Notes: generated from the letters alone by a model not told the origin. DNA of 63,721 bases, filler included, from Reticulomyxa filosa (GCA_000512085.1; 26 parts of 26 records of this genome joined end to end with filler, not necessarily neighbours in it), one strand, 5' to 3'; counted from the first letter of the whole stretch, positions 38,207 to 52,000 are shown. Made by a program: numbers and translations.

Positions 38207-40220
38207 AATGTTCAAGAGGAAAGAAACAAACAAGATAAACATAAAACAAACAAAACAAATCCATTTGTTTGTTGGTTTTCTCTTTTTTTCTTTTTTTTTT
38301 TTGGAAGGAAAAAAAAAACAGAGTTTCTGTTTTTTTGTGGCATTTTTTTTGTTTGTTTTTTATTAACACATTGCATCAAAAATCACATTTGCAACACGAC
38401 ACATTTTCTTTTTTTTGTTGTTGGCCGTGTCTTTGCCCCGTTTGGTTCATTTTTTGTCAATGAATATAATGCCAGGTGATTGTTGGATTTTAGATCATGT
38501 TCTAGGCTTGATGCAACCAATTGTTTTTTTTCCCCCCTGTTTTCCTTGCTTCTATAGATGGCCGTGAATGTTCAATTTGTAAAAAAAATCGTAGAGTTTT
38601 TTTACAAAAATAAAAAATTTCTGGGCCATTCTGTCACGTCTTTTCATCTCAAAAAAAACTTAAATCACCCAGATTTTTATTTAACAGTGAAATGATTGCA
38701 ATTTGTTAGTTATTTTATTGTCTTGAAGAAATAAACATTAAAAACGTGCTACAATGTCCACATTTTTCAATTGTAAAATTTTTTCTAGAGACCGAGGATC
38801 AAATGGATAACCTTTGTTATATTAAGAAAAAAAAGAAATACGATTGGAAAAGGTGTATCTGAAATTATGTCGTTGCACTAAATTTCAATTAATTTTTATG
38901 CAATTTCAACTTATCAAGAGCAGAGTATATGGTTATATCTAGTAAACACTAACTTCAGTTGACCAAGGGCTAACATTTTTAAAAAAGAATTTTTGTTGAA
39001 CTTGATGTGCTTATTTTAAAAATAAGGACGCGATTCAAACGTAAGTATATTATGTTGTTCGCCTTATCTTAATAAAGTATTTGTATTTATTTTGAACAGT
39101 TTCGTGAAAACATTGACATGAAAAGCTCACATTAAGTGTCGAACAAAAACAAAAGCTTGAAAGCCAAAATCCAAGACAAAGAATGCATATATCAATAGTA
39201 ACAACTATTTATTTTTGCCATAATGCAATTGTATGATATAAGAATATTTTGTTAATATAACATCTAAAAGAAAACAATTATCAATTGGTATTGAGATTAC
39301 GAAATGTAGCATACACTAGCAACATTGATTGGTGTTTTCTTGTAAGAAATTATTATTTGCTTGCTTCAATCGATACAAAGTAAGTGTTTTTTAATGAATA
39401 ATTACAATATTTAAAATGAATTATTGAATTGTTTTAATATAATATCAAAAGATCATTGAACAATAAAAAGTGATTTGACTAAAAATGTGTTAGTCATGTG
39501 TTTGGATTCATTGAATCGGAAGATAATGTTGGCTTGTGATAGAATAAATAAGTAATGTACTGATCATTTTGTGTAATTCTTTTTTAATAAAAAAATATTG
39601 TTGCAAAAAATTACTGGCAATATAGTCAAATTTTACAAAGTTTTTTATGTTATGAAACAATAATTAAAATTTTCAAATACATTTTTTTTGTAACAAGAAA
39701 TTGAAAAGTGTTTGTTAAGTTTGAACTTTTTGTCTTTTAAAAATGTCGTTCGTGTTCAAGATGCATATTGTATTATTTTCGTTGGTAACATATTCAATTT
39801 GTTCAGATAAGTTAAATGTAATGTTTTTCTTTTTTGTTTTTTTTATTTTTGAAAATTTGTATTGTTTCGAAAATAACAACGTATGTTCAAGTATCAAAGA
39901 CTAGTTTTATGCTATTTTATTGCAGTAGATGTTAAGTTGGATAGTTGGTTGTTTTGGATTTGGATTGAGAATGTGTTATTGTGTATATGGATTGTGGATA
40001 TATTACTATAGATATAGATTGATGTTCCTGTTTGGAGATAGAGTCAATTGAAGTGTATGTTCGCAACGTAAATATGTTAATGGGCATCACATCTATACAT
40101 TGGTTGCATCTTGCAGTAGGNNNNNNNNNNNNNNNNNNNNNNNNNNNNNNNNNNNNNNNNNNNNTTAATTAATTAANNNNNNNNNNNNNNNNNNNNNNNN
40201 NNNNNNNNNNNNNNNNNNNN

Positions 40221-40258
<38 letters not shown>

Positions 40259-40303
40259 TTGTATCGAAACAAAACAAACAATTGATACATTTGATATATG
40301 TTT

Positions 40304-41179
40304 TTATGGGTCAAAAGCAAACCATCGTCTTTTGATACAGTACTCTGGACCAATGGGCACCTGGAGTTGTCCGATGCAATCCACGATTCCAGGATACGTG
40401 ATGTCGGAGCCTGAAGTAACAAGATAGAGTCCAGTCTTCCGCAATTGGGACACGCCAATGCCACATTTGCCATCGTAAAAAGGCCCTCTGTCCCAACTTT
40501 GTCCGACGACATTTTGCACGTGACAATGGACGTCACTGGGAACCGAGTGTTGCCACGTATACAAATGTTCGGGCGTGTCCACAAAGTAAGGGTTTTGGCG
40601 GTAATCCAATATATAGTCGTCAATGTTCGTGATCTCGGTATAGTTGTGGACATATTGACAAGCGTCCATACGCGTTGTTACATACACGATAAATCCGCTA
40701 CCGCTTTTGGTTTCGTCCGACTCAAAGTCGATGCAAATTGTCTGTTTTGATTGCGGCGGAATCCAATAGCGAAGCGTCGATGGTGTCGTGCTGCCGCTGA
40801 ACGAAACCGATAAATCTTCAAACGAATCATTGAAATTCCGGACGATGACTCGGTCGAATCCTCTTTCCAAGTCCATTTTAATGAACTCCACATCAACTTC
40901 AATCGGATAAAACACTTGTTCTTCTTCTTCTTCTTGTTTTTGTTCTTGTTCTTGTTCTTGTTCTTCTCCGTTTATATGTAGCACGCCATCCACATCGAAC
41001 GGATCCACCTCCTCTTTCACTTTGTAATTGAAAGTGTAACACCAACTGCGCTTCTCATCATTTTCATACATTTCATGTCTCGTCTTTTTGTTTAATTTCT
41101 CTTCCTCGACCGTTCTCCATGTTGCGCCGCTCCTGTCTCCTTCTCCTTCTCCTTCTTCTTCTTCCTCTTCGTTATTGTT

Positions 41180-41230
<51 letters not shown>

Positions 41231-42187
41231 GCTTTTGTCATTTGCCTTCTTTTGTTTTCCGCTCCGCTTCTTAATATACGTTTGCTCAAACGACTGAATT
41301 GGGAACGACATGCGATATTCATACATGCCATATAGAGCATCTTGCACAATTGAGTCGCCGCCACTGCTGTCGTCCGTTATCATTACGGTTTTCAGTAAAG
41401 TCGCCATGTTCTATTTGTTTTTATGTTAGCGCACACACATTTTTATTAACATCATTATCATTAATTATGAATTATGAATTATGAATTATGCATTATATAT
41501 TATGTATTTATCATAACAATTAAAAAGTGATATAAAAAAAATAATAACAATATATACATATATAGCAAAAAAAAAAAAAAAAAAAATAACCCTCAAAGCG
41601 GGACCAGCAGGCAGAGAACGATAACTCCATGATGTGCCGTCTACTTCTTCCCACGTGTTTGTTATGACTTCTGTCGTCACCGTTGGCACAGACGTAGCTA
41701 TTGACGGCTGTGGTCGCGGTTGCTGAGTGGGGGCCGCATATGCCGTTGGCGAGAAATCTATGTTTGAACTTGGACGTACGCTAGGATAGGAGGACGACCT
41801 TGTCGATGTTGTCTCCGTTGTTGTCGGTGTTGTGGTAGGGGTCTTTGTGGTTGTGGTTGTGGTTGTGGTTGTGGTCGTCGTTGTTGTTGTTGTTGTTGTT
41901 GCTGTTGTTGCTGTTACGGCAGCTTCGATGCCGGTAGCAGAAGATGTACTACTAGGGATTCCAAAGATTGCCGGCAATAGCGACGTCGGGGAAGTACCTG
42001 ATATTGGCATTGGTGTCGGTGAAAAGGCGTTGTGCCATTGCGACTTTGTTGGGGACAATGTCGTATATATCACTGGCGAACTGTGGCGTGCGTCTTCCTT
42101 CGTTTCATTCGCTGTGCTGTCTGGATGCACGTTGTATATGTTTTGAGACCAACAGGGGAGGGCAAATACACACACACACACACACAT
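40304..42187 (-). CDS. Secreted/surface protein with Thr/Ser/Pro mucin-like region and CUB domain, partial
   Basis: Thr-rich exon (about 42160-41590), then an exon with VEF..MDLE.GFD.V.V...FSGS..P...I.FESD......GF (CUB C-terminal strands). Confidence 0.7.
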
Positions 42188-42492
42188 ACAAAATGCTAAT
42201 GAGAGAAATAATTTTTCTTACACACACCCCTTTTTTTTTTTTAGTTTTTTTAGTAAAGGGTTTAAAATTTTTTTAAATTTCTTTGTTTTTCTTGTTCTTT
42301 ATTTTTATTAGACAAAACTCATGACCCAANNNNNNNNNNNNNNNNNNNNNNNNNNNNNNNNNNNNNNNNNNNNTTAATTAATTAANNNNNNNNNNNNNNN
42401 NNNNNNNNNNNNNNNNNNNNNNNNNNNNNATTTTTTTTTTTTTTGGGGCTCAAATATTTTTCTCACATTTAATGTTTTTTTTTTCAAACAAT

Positions 42493-45386
42493 TAGAAATG
42501 AGGTTTGGGCGTTTGCTTTGGATTTGGATCATAAATACATGATATCTGGAGGATCTGATTTGTCGTTGTTTATGTGGGAAATTGTTCCAAGATAAGATTT
42601 GTTTGCGAATGCCAAAGAGACTCAAGATGATACTGCAATATCGCTTACTGCAAGTATACACATCCACAAAATTGGTACTATGGGTTGTGGATTTGGTTTG
42701 AAAAATAAATCTCGCATCGTCAGTTTGGCATACAATAAATCGGGAAATTTATTATTTGTTCAAGTTCGAATTTTATTTTTTTTTTTTTGTGTGTGTCCCT
42801 TTGAAGGGAGGAGTTATAAAATGCAATACAAAACAATGAAATGTGGAATGGTAATAGACTAATTCCAATGTGATTGATCTGTTTCATGTGCGAGGCCAAT
42901 TTGAAATGAATAATAGAAGACAAGCTCGCTTTCAACAGTTAAGAAATCAACAGTTGAACCAAGCGACAACTGATGAAACTGCTCCTAATGAAAAAAAGGA
43001 ACTGAAATTGGAAGATGTGCCTTTTGAAGTCGCTGATTATTTAACCCATTTGACACCTATTCGCACTACCATAAACATTGGATTGTTAAACGATACCAGG
43101 ACAAAGCATAGCAATGCTAAAGAATCTTCTTTCGCAAAGTTCAATGCATCAAATTCGGCCAATAATGAAGATCCAGATGATGACACAGAAGGCTTGTTTT
43201 ATTTTTACAAATAATGAAGAGAGAAAAAAAAAATTTGTGATGTTGTGAGAGATACAGAGGAATTAGATGGATTGAAAACCTTGAGACAACAAATCGTGTC
43301 ACAAAATTTGGATCTCAAAAAAGTTCTGTTGCAACCCATTTTGTGTGGCTATGATAATAATTCCATTGCAATGTATCATTTGGCCTATCCAAATGTAGAC
43401 GAAATACTGATGGACGAAAATGAGAATGCAAATGAAAATGAAAATGACGATGAAGCTGATACAAATAATATTTCAAAAAAAAAAAAGAAAGGATAAGAAG
43501 AAAAAAACTAAACTAAATCAAATGCTACTGGGCGTCGAAGAATGGAAAAAATACATTGAGAATTGGGATGAAACACTGTGTATTGACAATGGAGGACATC
43601 GCACTGCCATTCGCAGTGTGTGTTTCAGCACCGATGATACTATGATATCAACAACATGCAAAAATGAACTCAAAATTTGGAATACTCGCACCCAACAATG
43701 CATTCGATCATTACATTCTGAATATGGACTTAAATGCATTTTTATTTCTGGAAATAAACACGTCCTTGTTGCTACAAAGCAAGGCTCCTTAATGGTTTTT
43801 ACTCTCTTTTATTTATTGTCTTTCAATTGCTTTGTCCGCACATTGATATATGCATATACATATATGTTTTTTTTTTTTTTTAGCTGTACGATTTATTGGG
43901 CAGTCGGTTGCTTCAAAAGTACCTGGCACATGATGGACCTGCGTACTCAATGGATCTGTGTCCAGATAAATCAGGTGTGGCTAGTGGTGGTGGTGATGCT
44001 TGTGTCAAATTTTGGACATTTGATTTGGTGATGAACGCCAAAACTGGAGAAAAAGAACTGTCTTTGAAACTGACCAAAACTTTGAAAGTGCAAGATGAGG
44101 CCCTTTGTGTAAAATACTCTCCTGATGGAAAATTTATTGTTGTATCGCTATTGGATTGTACCATCCAACTCTTTAATGCACAAACTTTAAAATTTCATCT
44201 CACTTTGTATGGCCACAAACTACCAGTTCTTAACAGCCAACACTATACAACTCTATTTTATCTTTTTTTATAACATTTAATTTACAACTTTTTTTTTTAT
44301 ATTTGTACTATTGGTCAGACATTTACACTAGACATTTCATCAGACAGCCAATTGTTGATTAGTGGCTCAGCCGACAAAAATATAAAGATCTGGGGTATCA
44401 ATCACGGAGACTGTCACAAGTCAATATTTGCTCATAGCGATAGTATTATGGGCTTGCGATTTGTCCCAAAAACTCATTATTTTTTTAGCTGTGGTAAAGA
44501 TCGAATAATTAAATACTGGGACGGTGATAAATTCCGTAAGATTCAGGAATTCTCCAATTCTCATAAAAACGAAGTGTGGGATATTGCAATTAACTCAACT
44601 GGTCAATTATTATGCAGTGGGAGTGGAGATCGAAGTATATCTCTGTGGATGGAATCGGACGAACCGTTATTTCCATTGGAAGAAGAACGAAAAGAATTAG
44701 AGAGCAAGTTTGATGAAAATCTCGACAATGAAGACAAATTTGATCGAAAACCATCTGCCATTGAAAAAAGTGGGATCATTGAGTTTAAAGAAGTAGATAA
44801 GCCAACACGTAAAAACATGGATGCCATTGACCGTGCTGAGTATTTGATGGAGTGTATGACAGAGTGGAAAAACAAAGAAGCTAAAAAATCAGCTGCGACT
44901 GAATTTATGTATGGAGTCATTCGCAATATCCCGACATCACAAATGGAAGAAATTATCTTAATATTACCATTTCAAAATGGTATTGATTGGCTATTAGGAT
45001 ATTTAATGGACATTTTATCTTGCGACCAAAATGAGAAAGGAACTATTGATAAGAGTAGAGGAGATATGGAGAAATGTGTCAAACTTTGCTTGTGCATTGT
45101 CGAGATTCATTATCAAAGGTTCTTGGGAACATACAATCTCGAACTTTTCAGATGTTTAAAAACATTGAGCATCTTGTGTCGACAAAATTTAACTGATTAT
45201 AAACGCACAATTGGACATAATTTGGAAACATTTGCTTATTTACAAGATTTGATGAAATCCAAAGCAGAGTATGCCTTTGGTACCTTCCAAAGAGATAAAA
45301 ATTTGTTCATTAATGCTCAAAAAGATAAATTGGTTGAAACATGGGACGACAAAGATAATGATGTTGACGAAGAAATGGAAATGTAA
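42493..45386 (+). CDS. WDR3: WDR3/UTP12/DIP2 U3 snoRNP protein, multi-exon, 5' truncated
   Basis: GHRTAIRSV, LYGHKLPV, SGSADKNIKIWG..HGDCHKSIFAH.DSIM...FVPKTHYFFS.GKD..IKYWDGDKF, and a C-terminal Utp12-like helical domain. Confidence 0.92.
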
Positions 45387-45621
45387 AATAATGCAATGAA
45401 AGTGATATAATTTTTCCATCAAAAAATTTTTTCTTCTGTTCTGACAGAATGATGGCAAATGAAAAAAGACAAATAAGACATATTGTTGTGTATTCCTTTT
45501 GACTAATTATTTGCTATGTTGNNNNNNNNNNNNNNNNNNNNNNNNNNNNNNNNNNNNNNNNNNNNTTAATTAATTAANNNNNNNNNNNNNNNNNNNNNNN
45601 NNNNNNNNNNNNNNNNNNNNN

Positions 45622-46695
45622 TCGATTCTGTTTTCACATGTTTGATCAATAGACTCAAAGGTAACGATGAAGAGAATCGAGGATTGTATGCAAAATGTAT
45701 TGGATTTCTTTCAACAAAATTAAATAAAAAGCAATTGGATGATGTTTTTGAATATTTGAATGGATTAAAAGATGGAAATGAATGTATTTGTGCATTATGT
45801 GAAAAATCACTTGAAACAATGTCAACAAAATTGAATGATAAACAATTGGATAGAATTTTCAGTGCTTTCATTCATAAGTTAAAAGATACAAATAAACAAA
45901 ATCGTGAATCATGTGCAAAATCACTTGGAGTAATTTCAACGAATTTGACTGATAAACAACTGGGAGGAGTTTTCAATGCTTTGCCAAAGGAGCTGGAATA
46001 TTTTTACTTTTATTCATATTTCAAAGCACTTGAAGAAAATTCAACGAAATGGAATGAAGGACAATCGGAGAGGGTTTTCAACGCTTTGATATTTTTTTCC
46101 AAACATTCGATCAACACAAACAACGACGATTATTATTTGGTGAGATCACTTAAATTAATATCAACGAAATTGAATGACAAACAATTGTATGTATTGGTGA
46201 TACATTTGTTGGAAAGAGCGAAAAAGGGATCTAAACGGTATGTGATAAATGCATTGTCAAAAATATCGGAAGATATGTGGAAATGTGCAACAATTTGTGG
46301 ACTGAAACACATGCAGGTAATGAAAGAACAAAATACTTGGCAAAGATGGTTTAGTAATGTGAACAAAAAAATAGAATTGTTGGCTTTCGGGTTGATGACA
46401 TTCAACCCTCGCATTCAATTGAGTTGTAATGATGATAATACCAATTTCGATGCTTTGAATGAGTTAATCAGATATTGTAATAGACAAGCCAGTGAATGGA
46501 AATTTCCAACTCATCAATTAAAATGGAATAATAGCAATAATGATAGAGATATTCCATATCCTTGTTTGAATAATGAAATTGAAGAAGTTTGTAATGATGA
46601 GAATGCATTCAAAGGATGTTACACTGTTGTTCATGAAGCAGCAAGATCAGGAGACTTATCACAATTCAAATTGATATTGCAAAATCATCCTGATA
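45622..46695 (+). CDS. HEAT/ARM-like repeat protein followed by start of an ankyrin repeat, internal fragment
   Basis: Repeated STKLN.KQLD.VF...L...KD.....R..CA.SL units, then TVVHEAARSGDL at the contig end. Confidence 0.75.
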
Positions 46696-47028
46696 NNNNN
46701 NNNNNNNNNNNNNNNNNNNNNNNNNNNNNNNNNNNNNNNTTAATTAATTAANNNNNNNNNNNNNNNNNNNNNNNNNNNNNNNNNNNNNNNNNNNNTTGCT
46801 TTGGAATGGAATGAATTTGACCGTATTATTGTTAGTTGCGTTTTCGATAACAGTAACGTCAAGGTTATTTTTACATTATATACATATATACATTATACAT
46901 ATACACATATATACATATATACACATATATGTATAATGTATATATGTATATATATTTCTCTATCTATTTATTTCTCTTTATGTGCACTTATACATATACA
47001 ATGTGTGCTCGTGTAAATAACTCTTTTT

Positions 47029-47661
47029 GTGTCGTTAAATAAACCTCGTTTACAGAGGCTTCGCAAAGAATTAGAAATATTAACCAAAATGGGGATGAGC
47101 CAGTTTTTACGAGAACTGGACGACGAACACGGGGGAAAGAAATACAGCTTGGCAGTTGGACTGACCTTACATGACTCTGTTCCGAATGTGCTGTTGATCG
47201 CCAATCGCATCAAACTTTTGAGCGACCGACAATTGGATTCGTGGACTCAACAACAAATTGCTCAAATGGATAAAATCATCACTCGAAAAGACAAGATCAA
47301 TCAATCGAAAACGCAAGCGCATAACGACGCGACAGCAAAGGATCAAAGTCAAGAGGAAGAAAGAATGAATGATGAGATGCTCATCAACCAAGTCGCGTCC
47401 TCCAGTCTCTCTGATGACAACGAATTGATGAAATTGGAGGAACTGAAATCCATTGAATATATTATCTTAAAAAATTTAAAGCAAAGCATGATCGAATTGA
47501 AATCTCATTATCAATCCACCAAACCCAACATTGACCCTCGAGAACTTAAACATAAAGAAGTTCTCATCGTCTATCAATCTATTCGCAGAATCATTTTTAA
47601 AACTATTCAAACACTTGACGAAAAATTAAATGATTTAAATATTGATTCTGGAAACAAATAA
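47029..47661 (+). CDS. Hypothetical helical protein, last exon
   Basis: 210-codon open frame after an AT-rich intron-like tract; no family recognised. Confidence 0.5.
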   Translation: MSLNKPRLQRLRKELEILTKMGMSQFLRELDDEHGGKKYSLAVGLTLHDSVPNVLLIANRIKLLSDRQLDSWTQQQIAQMDKIITRKDKINQSKTQAHNDATAKDQSQEEERMNDEMLINQVASSSLSDDNELMKLEELKSIEYIILKNLKQSMIELKSHYQSTKPNIDPRELKHKEVLIVYQSIRRIIFKTIQTLDEKLNDLNIDSGNK

Positions 47662-48973
47662 CTGACTCACAAAAAAATAATTTGTTTTCTTTTTACTCAC
47701 TTCTTCAACCCTTTTATTTATCTTTTATGTGTAACGGGTTTGCTTTTACACTCTTTAGAACAAATAACATGAACTGTTGTTTTGCTGGCTTTTCTNNNNN
47801 NNNNNNNNNNNNNNNNNNNNNNNNNNNNNNNNNNNNNNNTTAATTAATTAANNNNNNNNNNNNNNNNNNNNNNNNNNNNNNNNNNNNNNNNNNNNATATA
47901 ATGTGCTTGGGTCCATTGCTTGAAAAAGTTTTTTATATATCTTTTTTTTTTGATATATGTACCTATTCAATAAATAACAGCAACACAACATCTTTATACA
48001 TACATTGATTATTTATTTATGTGTATGTGATATATGTTACTTGAAATTTTTTAATGGATACTTCAAGGTGTATCAATGAAGCATTAGAATGCAGATGGAC
48101 ATGTTTTGCTGTGTACATTGTCATTGGTGCTGCAGCGAGTTCCCAGCGATAATGACAATTGTGACAGCAACAGCAATGAAAGTAAAAAATAGCAACCTCA
48201 TGGTTGAATTGTTGCTGATAGAAACTCAATATATCGTCGAATCATGGAAACCACATTACAACTCACGCGTCTGTTATTTTTGCAACAAAATTTATTTGTC
48301 ATTATTAAGCAAATGACTATTAGTAACGGCGTGTATCGAATGGGATCGTTTTATCGCGTTTTGGATGACGTATAATTGGAAAAAAAAACTGAAGGTCCAT
48401 ATCGTGTAATGTGGTCCGTGATAAATTGAAAGTAGATCGAATAATTGAAAGGTGATCTGATGATTATAGTGATTACGTGCGCAGCCTATATTCCAAGTTA
48501 ATGTTTTCTTCAATGTGATTGGAAAATAGTTGAAACATGTATAATCAACACACTTATATAACATAGTCTTCAAAGAATACAATCCTATCCATGGAGCAAT
48601 TGGAAAGGGGGTTGCGTGCCAGCAAGAAAGAGAAAGTGGTTGGAACAATGCCAAATCGGTGGCATATTCGATTGCGAGTATTTGATACTTGCCTCAAATT
48701 TTGATTGAAAAAATTTTTGTTGTGAATTGTGTGCTTCTTTTGTTTTTTAATAACAATTTCAATCCTCCAGCTCACCTGACATTTTTCTTAATTATACTCA
48801 TCGTAAAAAATTTCTGAACTTTGCTTTTTTAAATTTGAATGCGTTATTGAAGCAATTATCGAAGAAATATTTTTTGTTTAAAAAGGCTATTTTGTCTGGA
48901 GTGTTTTTTTCCTGCAAATAAAAAAGTGGAATCTTATATTAAAAAAAAGTTGCATCGCCTACGAAAAGACGGC

Positions 48974-49683
48974 TTACTTAGAACCATCTCTTGGAGACAA
49001 TGAGTTCCAGTTGGATTTTACATCAAATTTCCAGTTTGCAGTAACTGTTTTGATTTTGGTGTAAAAATATACTCCATTCTTTCCGTAAAAGTTCATAGCA
49101 CCACGGAAAGAGTTTTTGTTGCCGGTGAAAGAAAAGAACGGCAATGGGACAGGGATAGGGAGATTAATTCCGACTTGTCCCGCTTCAATTTTGCGTTCGT
49201 GCAATCTTGCGGCAGCTCCACTGGTAGTGAAAATGGCAGTGCCATTGCCATAGGCATTAGCATTAGTGAAATTAATAGCCTCATCTAAGGTTGCCACATT
49301 TTTGACTAGCAACATAGGACCAAAGATTTCTTCCTGTGAAATCAAACAACAACTTTGTTCTACTCTCTTCTTCCCAAGTATGATCAATAAATCAATAAAT
49401 AGCGATTTGCATTGTTTGTTAGATAATATAACTTTGTAGCAAGTCATGTGTGGTTCTACTCCAGTGATAACAGTCGATCCAACAAAGTTGCCTTTTGGAT
49501 AATCTTTGACTTTGCAGTTTCTGCCATCTAATACTACTTTTGCGCCTTCATCAATAGCCGATTTAATAATATCATTTACACGTTGTTTAGCTTCAGGTGA
49601 GATCAAAGGTCCAACCGACGTGTTTGGTTCGTGTCCTGCGTTCACAGCATAGGTCTTTCCAATTTCAATCAATTCAGGGATCC
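48974..49683 (-). CDS. ALDH6A1: Methylmalonate-semialdehyde dehydrogenase, 3' part
   Basis: [31 protein letters not shown] and [33 protein letters not shown]. 99-nt intron 49432..49334. Confidence 0.95.
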
Positions 49684-51110
49684 TGTTTTGATATTTATCC
49701 NNNNNNNNNNNNNNNNNNNNNNNNNNNNNNNNNNNNNNNNNNNNTTAATTAATTAANNNNNNNNNNNNNNNNNNNNNNNNNNNNNNNNNNNNNNNNNNNN
49801 TAGGTTCACATTGCTTTAATTGAAACATATTACAACCACTGAACATATGACACAAAGAATAAATATACAAACCAAACTTCAAATATAGCTTGTTTCCTTC
49901 GCACCTGATCGACGTTTGCCATTTTGTTGTTTTGCTGTTCTTGCCTTTTTTTTTCCACAGCTCCTGATAAAGATATCTTTTCTCTTCTTGTACTGTGTGG
50001 ACTTATCACGAAGCAATCCACTTTTGAGCAATCATTGCGATAAATATGATTGATATGAATTCACATCGCCTCCTTCATCCTCGATGGTGATTCGTGATAC
50101 TGCACATTTATGATCGTTGATATACTTGTGAACTGTTTTCCTCCAATGCCAGTTAATCAGCCTGCTTGCTGGACGTTTTTTCACAATGCAATTATATCCA
50201 ACCTGTTTTCAAGTGATCCATTTATTGCACAACACATTTATCCGATAATAATATCAACGCGCTGATAACCACATTAATAATTTGTTTGGTCACGTTCAAT
50301 GTTTGGATAACTCGTGGCAACACAACTTGCTGACAATACAATTCGAGCAGCTCTATTGTTGGAGGAGCTCAAGTGTCCATCAATAGTACAAATAGATTCT
50401 GTTGACAATGGTAAAAGGCATTCAATGCTTCGATAACACACAGCTTGGAGATTATGGTGATGGGTGGGATGGTGGTGAAATCGAAGAAAGAGTAAAGACG
50501 ATCACTCCAACGAATGCTTGTATCGAATTCACTTGAACTGGTTCTATGTACGTACACACATACTTGATTTTTCTGTACATATCAACGGCAGCCACGGCAA
50601 TACCAATTCTATCTCCTTTTTGATAGCGACATTTTGAGTTTGCAACACTGACCTTGTTTTAATGCATGAGAATGTCCGCTTCAACACATTTACAAATTTG
50701 AACATTGCCACCAAGACGCCAATATGAAAAATACGATTAAACAATCCTTGACATTAGCTTGATCGGCCTGAAGATGATTCCCAAAAGTACAGTCGACTAA
50801 TACCATGACGAAATTGGGCTTGGTGCCGACGATGATATTGATATCCATCCAATGCAAGCTTGTTCGGTTCNNNNNNNNNNNNNNNNNNNNNNNNNNNNNN
50901 NNNNNNNNNNNNNNTTAATTAATTAANNNNNNNNNNNNNNNNNNNNNNNNNNNNNNNNNNNNNNNNNNNNTAAAAAGTTAAACAAGGATTTTATGTATAA
51001 ATCCAAATTGATCAATCATTTTTGTTTATTTTGAGATTGCCAATGCTGAAAAATAATCACGGAAGTTTTATTTAGCGGCTGGGTAAAATAGAAGTTTCAT
51101 TCAAAGAAGC

Positions 51111-52000
51111 CTATGCGATGTCTGACGACAGCAGAGTCTTGTTAATACCATATGTAATGATAATTTCGTTGATTTCATTTACCCATGTAAATCTTATTTG
51201 CAGAGTTCGAATCCAATATTTCAAAATATACTTTATTTCATTTTTTAACTATAATCACAATACAATGTATTTTTGTTTTATTAAAATATATAATAAACAA
51301 ATAATTACCAATTGTGAGGTATCCCATAAACGTAATTTCGTTTTTATATGAATCACAAGTTCATTATGTTCTTGATCCATTCCTCCAATTATATGTATAT
51401 CATTGTCTTCACTTAATACTGCAACGCCGTCAGATAATGCAATCGGTAAAGTCTCTTCAAATATACTCCATATATTTTCTTGAATCGAATACTTATGCAA
51501 TAATCTTAAATTATTTCGGTTATAGCCTCCAAAAAATAATATATGCTCATTTAAATGAATATATGCATGCCCATGAAATTCGACCATACTTTGACGAACA
51601 GGTACGTAATTACATATTATAGTGTTATACTTTTCATTATACTTAATAAAAATCATTTTATCAAATGAAAGTATAATCATTTGATGAATTTGCTCATTTT
51701 TGAGCCCATTCACAATTGCAAAACATAAACTATAAATAAAATACATTTCATCTCGAAATGTTTTATTTAAAACAAAATTAAATTTATTTAAATCAAATAT
51801 GCTAAATTGATTTACATAATTGATAAATAACAAATGATTTTTGCTTCCACCAATAGATGCACGCACTCCATAATAAGATTTATGTTCTCCAATTACAATT
51901 TGATTATTATCATTGTCTGTGAAAGGAACCCAACGATTGTAATGATTTACTTTTATTCCTTTTTTTGATAGATCACTCCAAACATTTACATATTTCATTA
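51111..52000 (-). CDS. Kelch-like propeller protein 3' part (5' end missing or decayed), ending in the helical module exon 51248..51111
   Basis: GVRASIGGSKNHLLFI, ILFFGG, IHIIGG. A 60-nt phase-0 intron 51308..51249 is followed by LKNEIKYILKYWIRTLQIRFTWVNEINEIIITYGINKTLLSSDIA*. Confidence 0.75.

Noticed and set aside
47896-50870. Coding-like stretches at 48050-48780 and 49830-50870
   Set aside because: Many stops in all frames and no recognisable family. Possibly old pseudogenes, but not supportable.
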